A stretch of DNA of 63,986 nucleotides, the filler included, from Lama guanicoe (Eukaryota): NCBI GenBank assembly GCA_013239625.1. It is 80 parts of 78 records of this genome, joined end to end, with 100 filler letters (N's around TTAATTAATTAA, not from the genome) between each part and the next. Parts side by side here need not be neighbours in the genome. Positions count along the whole stretch, not along the records: positions 60,440 to 61,350 come from PNXV01005713.1; positions 61,451 to 62,579 come from MU054160.1; positions 62,680 to 63,708 come from MU054161.1; positions 63,809 to 63,986 come from MU054321.1; 76 more parts are not named here. One strand, 5' to 3'. This document shows, piece after piece, positions 60,340-63,986 of the stretch. Below the pieces are notes generated by a model that made no database searches, was not told the origin of the DNA, and saw only the letters and a list, made by a program, of their open reading frames with translations. The position numbers and the translations under genes are program-made. How positions within the stretch are numbered: position 1 is the first letter of the stretch; every line of letters starts with the position of its first letter.

Positions 60340-62679
60340 NNNNNNNNNNNNNNNNNNNNNNNNNNNNNNNNNNNNNNNNNNNNTTAATTAATTAANNNNN
60401 NNNNNNNNNNNNNNNNNNNNNNNNNNNNNNNNNNNNNNNGAGCAGACCTGTTTGGACTGCTGGGTTGACCTTGGTTTGTGGTGGCTCACGTTGCTGAGTC
60501 CTTGCTTAATTTCCAGCCTGGTCACCACTGACACCTGTTCATGAGATTGCGAGAAGAAGACAGAGGAGGCTGGGAAAGATGCTGCCTGGGACCTGCAGAG
60601 TGAGTCATCCTGGCCCTTTATTACACAAGTCCCTCCTCCACTCAGGTCACCCGTTGGTGGCTGTTCACACTGGACACAAATATCTTCACTTTTCTTTTGC
60701 CCACCGGGAGCGTTCTATCCACGTATCTTTCCCCAGTTTAATTTTTTGACCAACTTTCCTATCATGTTTCTTCCAATTTCCAGACCATCCAGCCAAACCA
60801 ATTAATAGGTGTATAATCGCACGCTTGGCCATTTCACCTTCCAGAAAGCACAGCCAGGTGCGCTGCCGGAAGTGCTGCTCACGGAGGATGTCCTCTCACC
60901 GTGTCCCTGGAGGACGCCCCGAGCCAGGCCACAGGGATGTGGCTGCCCACCTGTGCTGCACTCTTTACCGGGGGCACCTGGTTGTGTAGTTCAGTGGGTC
61001 AGATGGCACCCAGTTCATGGTGGGCAGTTCAGGCCACATGGTAACTATATTCTGAAACTGGAGAAATGACCACAGGATGGATTCAGGGACCCACCCGAGC
61101 CACTTTGACACAGACCTGAGATAAAACAACATTTACAGTTCAGCTGATCTCATCTAGAAACCCCGACTCTCACTGGAGGGCCACGGTGAGGTTTGAGGGT
61201 CCCAGAACCAATGTCAGTTCACAACCGGGGTACAGTGGTCCCTGAAAAGTCTGATTATTTCATTTTCCCCAATACACAGTTACCCCAATAAAGGCTATTG
61301 GTGCCTTTGTGGAAGCCCAGGAGAAAGATCAACAGTATGAATTTTCAGTGNNNNNNNNNNNNNNNNNNNNNNNNNNNNNNNNNNNNNNNNNNNNTTAATT
61401 AATTAANNNNNNNNNNNNNNNNNNNNNNNNNNNNNNNNNNNNNNNNNNNNTGGAGCATGGAGGAGAAACTCAAACAACTTGAATTTTGAAATAAAAACTC
61501 CATCATTTTAACATCTTCCATGCCAGTATTAAAAAATTTATTTTTAACTTCGTTTTTTAATTTTTAAACTATTTTAAACTTTGTTACTTTTTTAAACTTT
61601 ACTTTTTTTCTTATCATCCTTCATTGTAGGTTCCAGAAACCTGCTATTCTGCCCACCGCATCCAAGTTCCCTTTCATTGTTTCTCCTCCCTTCCCTAACC
61701 TTCCTTCTCTCTCCCTTATTACCAAGTTTCNNNNNNNNNNNNNNNNNNNNNNNNNNNNNNNNNNNNNNNNNNNNNNNNNNNNNNNNNNNNNNNNNNNNNN
61801 NNNNNNNNNNNNNNNNNNNNNNNNNNNNNNNNNNNNNNNNNNNNNNNNNNNNNNNNNNNNNNNNNNNNNNNNNNNNNNNNNNNNNNNNNNNNNNNNNNNN
61901 NNNNNNNNNNNNNNNNNNNNNNNNNNNNNNNNNNNNNNNNNNNNNNNNNNNNNNNNNNNNNNNNNNNNNNNNNNNNNNNNNNNNNNNNNNNNNNNNNNNN
62001 NNNNNNNNNNNNNNNNNNNNNNNNNNNNNNNNNNNNNNNNNNNNNNNNNNNNNNNNCATGTGCAAATAATACTATTTTTCTCTGTGAAAAGAAATAGAAC
62101 AGATAGAGGAAATACTTAACTCAGATTACTCAAAAGCATTTCCTTAAGGAAATAGGTTAATTATTTAACACTAAGTTTGGTTGAATCTGGTTATCAGTGA
62201 GGTATTTTTACCAATCAAGGAGAAGGATATATTTCCTAAATTGGTACTGAGCAATTCCTGTGAAATGAAACTTGCTCACATGAGTTAAAGTAAAGGGTGA
62301 ATTACAGTATCTGTGGTCTTTTTATACCATCGCTTAAATAAGCACATTGCTGTAGGTTCCAGTGAGCTGAACTTTGCCTCCATGTATTTCTACTAAGTGT
62401 TAAAATATTTAAGGAATATATTTTAAATTATGTTTCCCTTGTTTGAAAACCAGGCAAGCTGAATGATAGCCAAGTTCGAGGATGGCTTGTCTTTTCCTCA
62501 CTGCCTCTTCACTTTGTATAAGGTGCCAGCTTCCATCTTAAATTTGCATATAAAATCCTAACATACCAAAGATCTATCANNNNNNNNNNNNNNNNNNNNN
62601 NNNNNNNNNNNNNNNNNNNNNNNTTAATTAATTAANNNNNNNNNNNNNNNNNNNNNNNNNNNNNNNNNNNNNNNNNNNN

Positions 62680-63708
62680 GCAGGAAAGATTAGGATTCAT
62701 AAGAGTCCCAGATCGAAAAGCAAGAGATTAAGGGGCAAAAAATTGTCTGAAAAGATATCTGCAGAGGAATCAGACTGAAACTTGCTGAAAGCCAAGAAAG
62801 AATCATCTATACGAATTCAGGAAGTACACAGCGTCCAAAAGAGGTGGAATCCCTATAGACCTACCAGCAGCAGTATGATTCAAATCAACAAAGTTCACGA
62901 NNNNNNNNNNNNNNNNNNNNNNNNNNNNNNNNNNNNNNNNNNNNNNNNNNNNNNNNNNNNNNNNNNNNNNNNNNNNNNNNNNNNNNNNNNNNNNNNNNNN
63001 NNNNNNNNNNNNNNNNNNNNNNNNNNNNNNNNNNNNNNNNNNNNNNNNNNNNNNNNNNNNNNNNNNNNNNNNNNNNNNNNNNNNNNNNNNNNNNNNNNNN
63101 NNNNNNNNNNNNNNNNNNNNNNNNNNNNNNNNNNNNNNNNNNNNNNNNNNNNNNNNNNNNNNNNNNNNNNNNNNNNNNNNNNATACAAAAGCAGCAAGGT
63201 GAAATGGAAAGAAGAAAACCATTACTGGAAATGCAAGAAGAGCATGAGTGGCAAAGAAGAAACAAGAAGAAGGCAAGGAGGACATCAAAACCCTTAAGAT
63301 GGGAGAGGGAAGCAGGAAATCATAGGTGATTGGAAGCACTATCTAAAATGAATCATCTAATATGACTCTCTGTTTGAAGCGAACGGAGAGATGCATGGCC
63401 TGATGTGTTTGCTGAACAAACGAGAAGCAGACAAACAAAGAATCAAACAAACAGACAAGCACGAAAAGGGTACGGTTGGCTGACATATACCAAGGGAACC
63501 ATGATTATTCCAAAGAAAATACTCAAGGTGATGTCAAGGATCATTCAGCACGCATCGACCCAGTATCGTGGCTTGCATGTACTCAGCACACTTGTATTCG
63601 GAAATCAGAGGCGTGCATTTATATTCTTATATATACATCCATAAGAGCAAATCGTGACTTAACCAAAATGCCGATTTGCAATCAAATGAATTCCAGTCCG
63701 TGATAAAG
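62680..63708 (+). repeat. Multi-copy element, probably a highly diverged L1 derivative; homologous to 38965-39494 (minus strand)
   Basis: 62782-62900 encodes KKESSIRIQEVHSVQKRWNPYRPT..MIQINKV (L1 ORF1-like). 63290-63708 is the reverse complement of about 39070-39494 with scattered substitutions. Confidence 0.6.
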
Positions 63709-63808
63709 NNNNNNNNNNNNNNNNNNNNNNNNNNNNNNNNNNNNNNNNNNNNTTAATTAATTAANNNNNNNNNNNNNNNNNNNNNNNNNNNNNNNNNNNN
63801 NNNNNNNN

Positions 63809-63986
63809 CACTGTGGTTTATGGAGTATCAGTTGTCTATTTTGGTACTTAAGGATTTTATCTATCTAATGCCTATTTAGGAATAGAACTTAGGAAAACAA
63901 ATAAGAGAGAGAGAAAGAATTTTAAAAGAGGGGAGAAAGGATTTGAAAACAGTGTATAATGAATAATAGAAGAGCGAGTTGAAGCA
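63809..63986 (-). mobile_element. LINE-1 5' UTR fragment, antisense
   Basis: Shares CACTGTGGTTTATGGAGTATCAGTT..TATCTA with the L1 5' region at about 23249-23315. Confidence 0.65.

Noticed and set aside
953..63808. Regularly spaced identical TTAATTAATTAA units between unique 'spacers', resembling a CRISPR-like or cassette array
   Set aside because: Each unit is flanked by exactly 44 Ns on both sides, so it is a synthetic scaffold joiner. There are no cas or integrase genes, and the DNA is mammalian.

Overview
This window is not a contiguous locus. It is an artificial concatenation (chrUn-style) of about 80 short mammalian scaffolds (roughly 0.4-1.5 kb), joined by about 79 identical 100-bp linkers (N44-TTAATTAATTAA-N44, which put stops in all six frames). 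Neighbouring segments are therefore not biologically linked. The source is a eutherian mammal, probably a camelid and probably male; this is inference from the satellite types and an intron-flanked HSFY copy. Most segments are repeats. These include a 267-bp GC-rich satellite in two divergent subfamilies, a 249-bp satellite, an AT-rich heptamer (TAGAATA-type) satellite, a diverged ~160-bp GC-rich tandem repeat, many LINE-1 fragments, and old L2/MIR/MLT1/MER elements. Recognisable gene pieces are: (i) a very unusual huntingtin (HTT) exon-1 homologue at 25101-25691, with N17 substitutions M8A and S13A, only 2 Gln, a proline-rich region expanded by 90- and 111-bp duplications, two apparent frameshifts and an intact intron-1 donor; (ii) an HSFY exon-2 copy with a premature stop; (iii) an Ig lambda V promoter and leader exon; (iv) an Ig lambda V 3' end with a 23-RSS; and (v) two CpG-island segments. 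Several non-satellite segments occur as diverged pairs, indicating amplified or segmentally duplicated families. No prokaryotic features, RNA genes or CRISPR arrays are supported.
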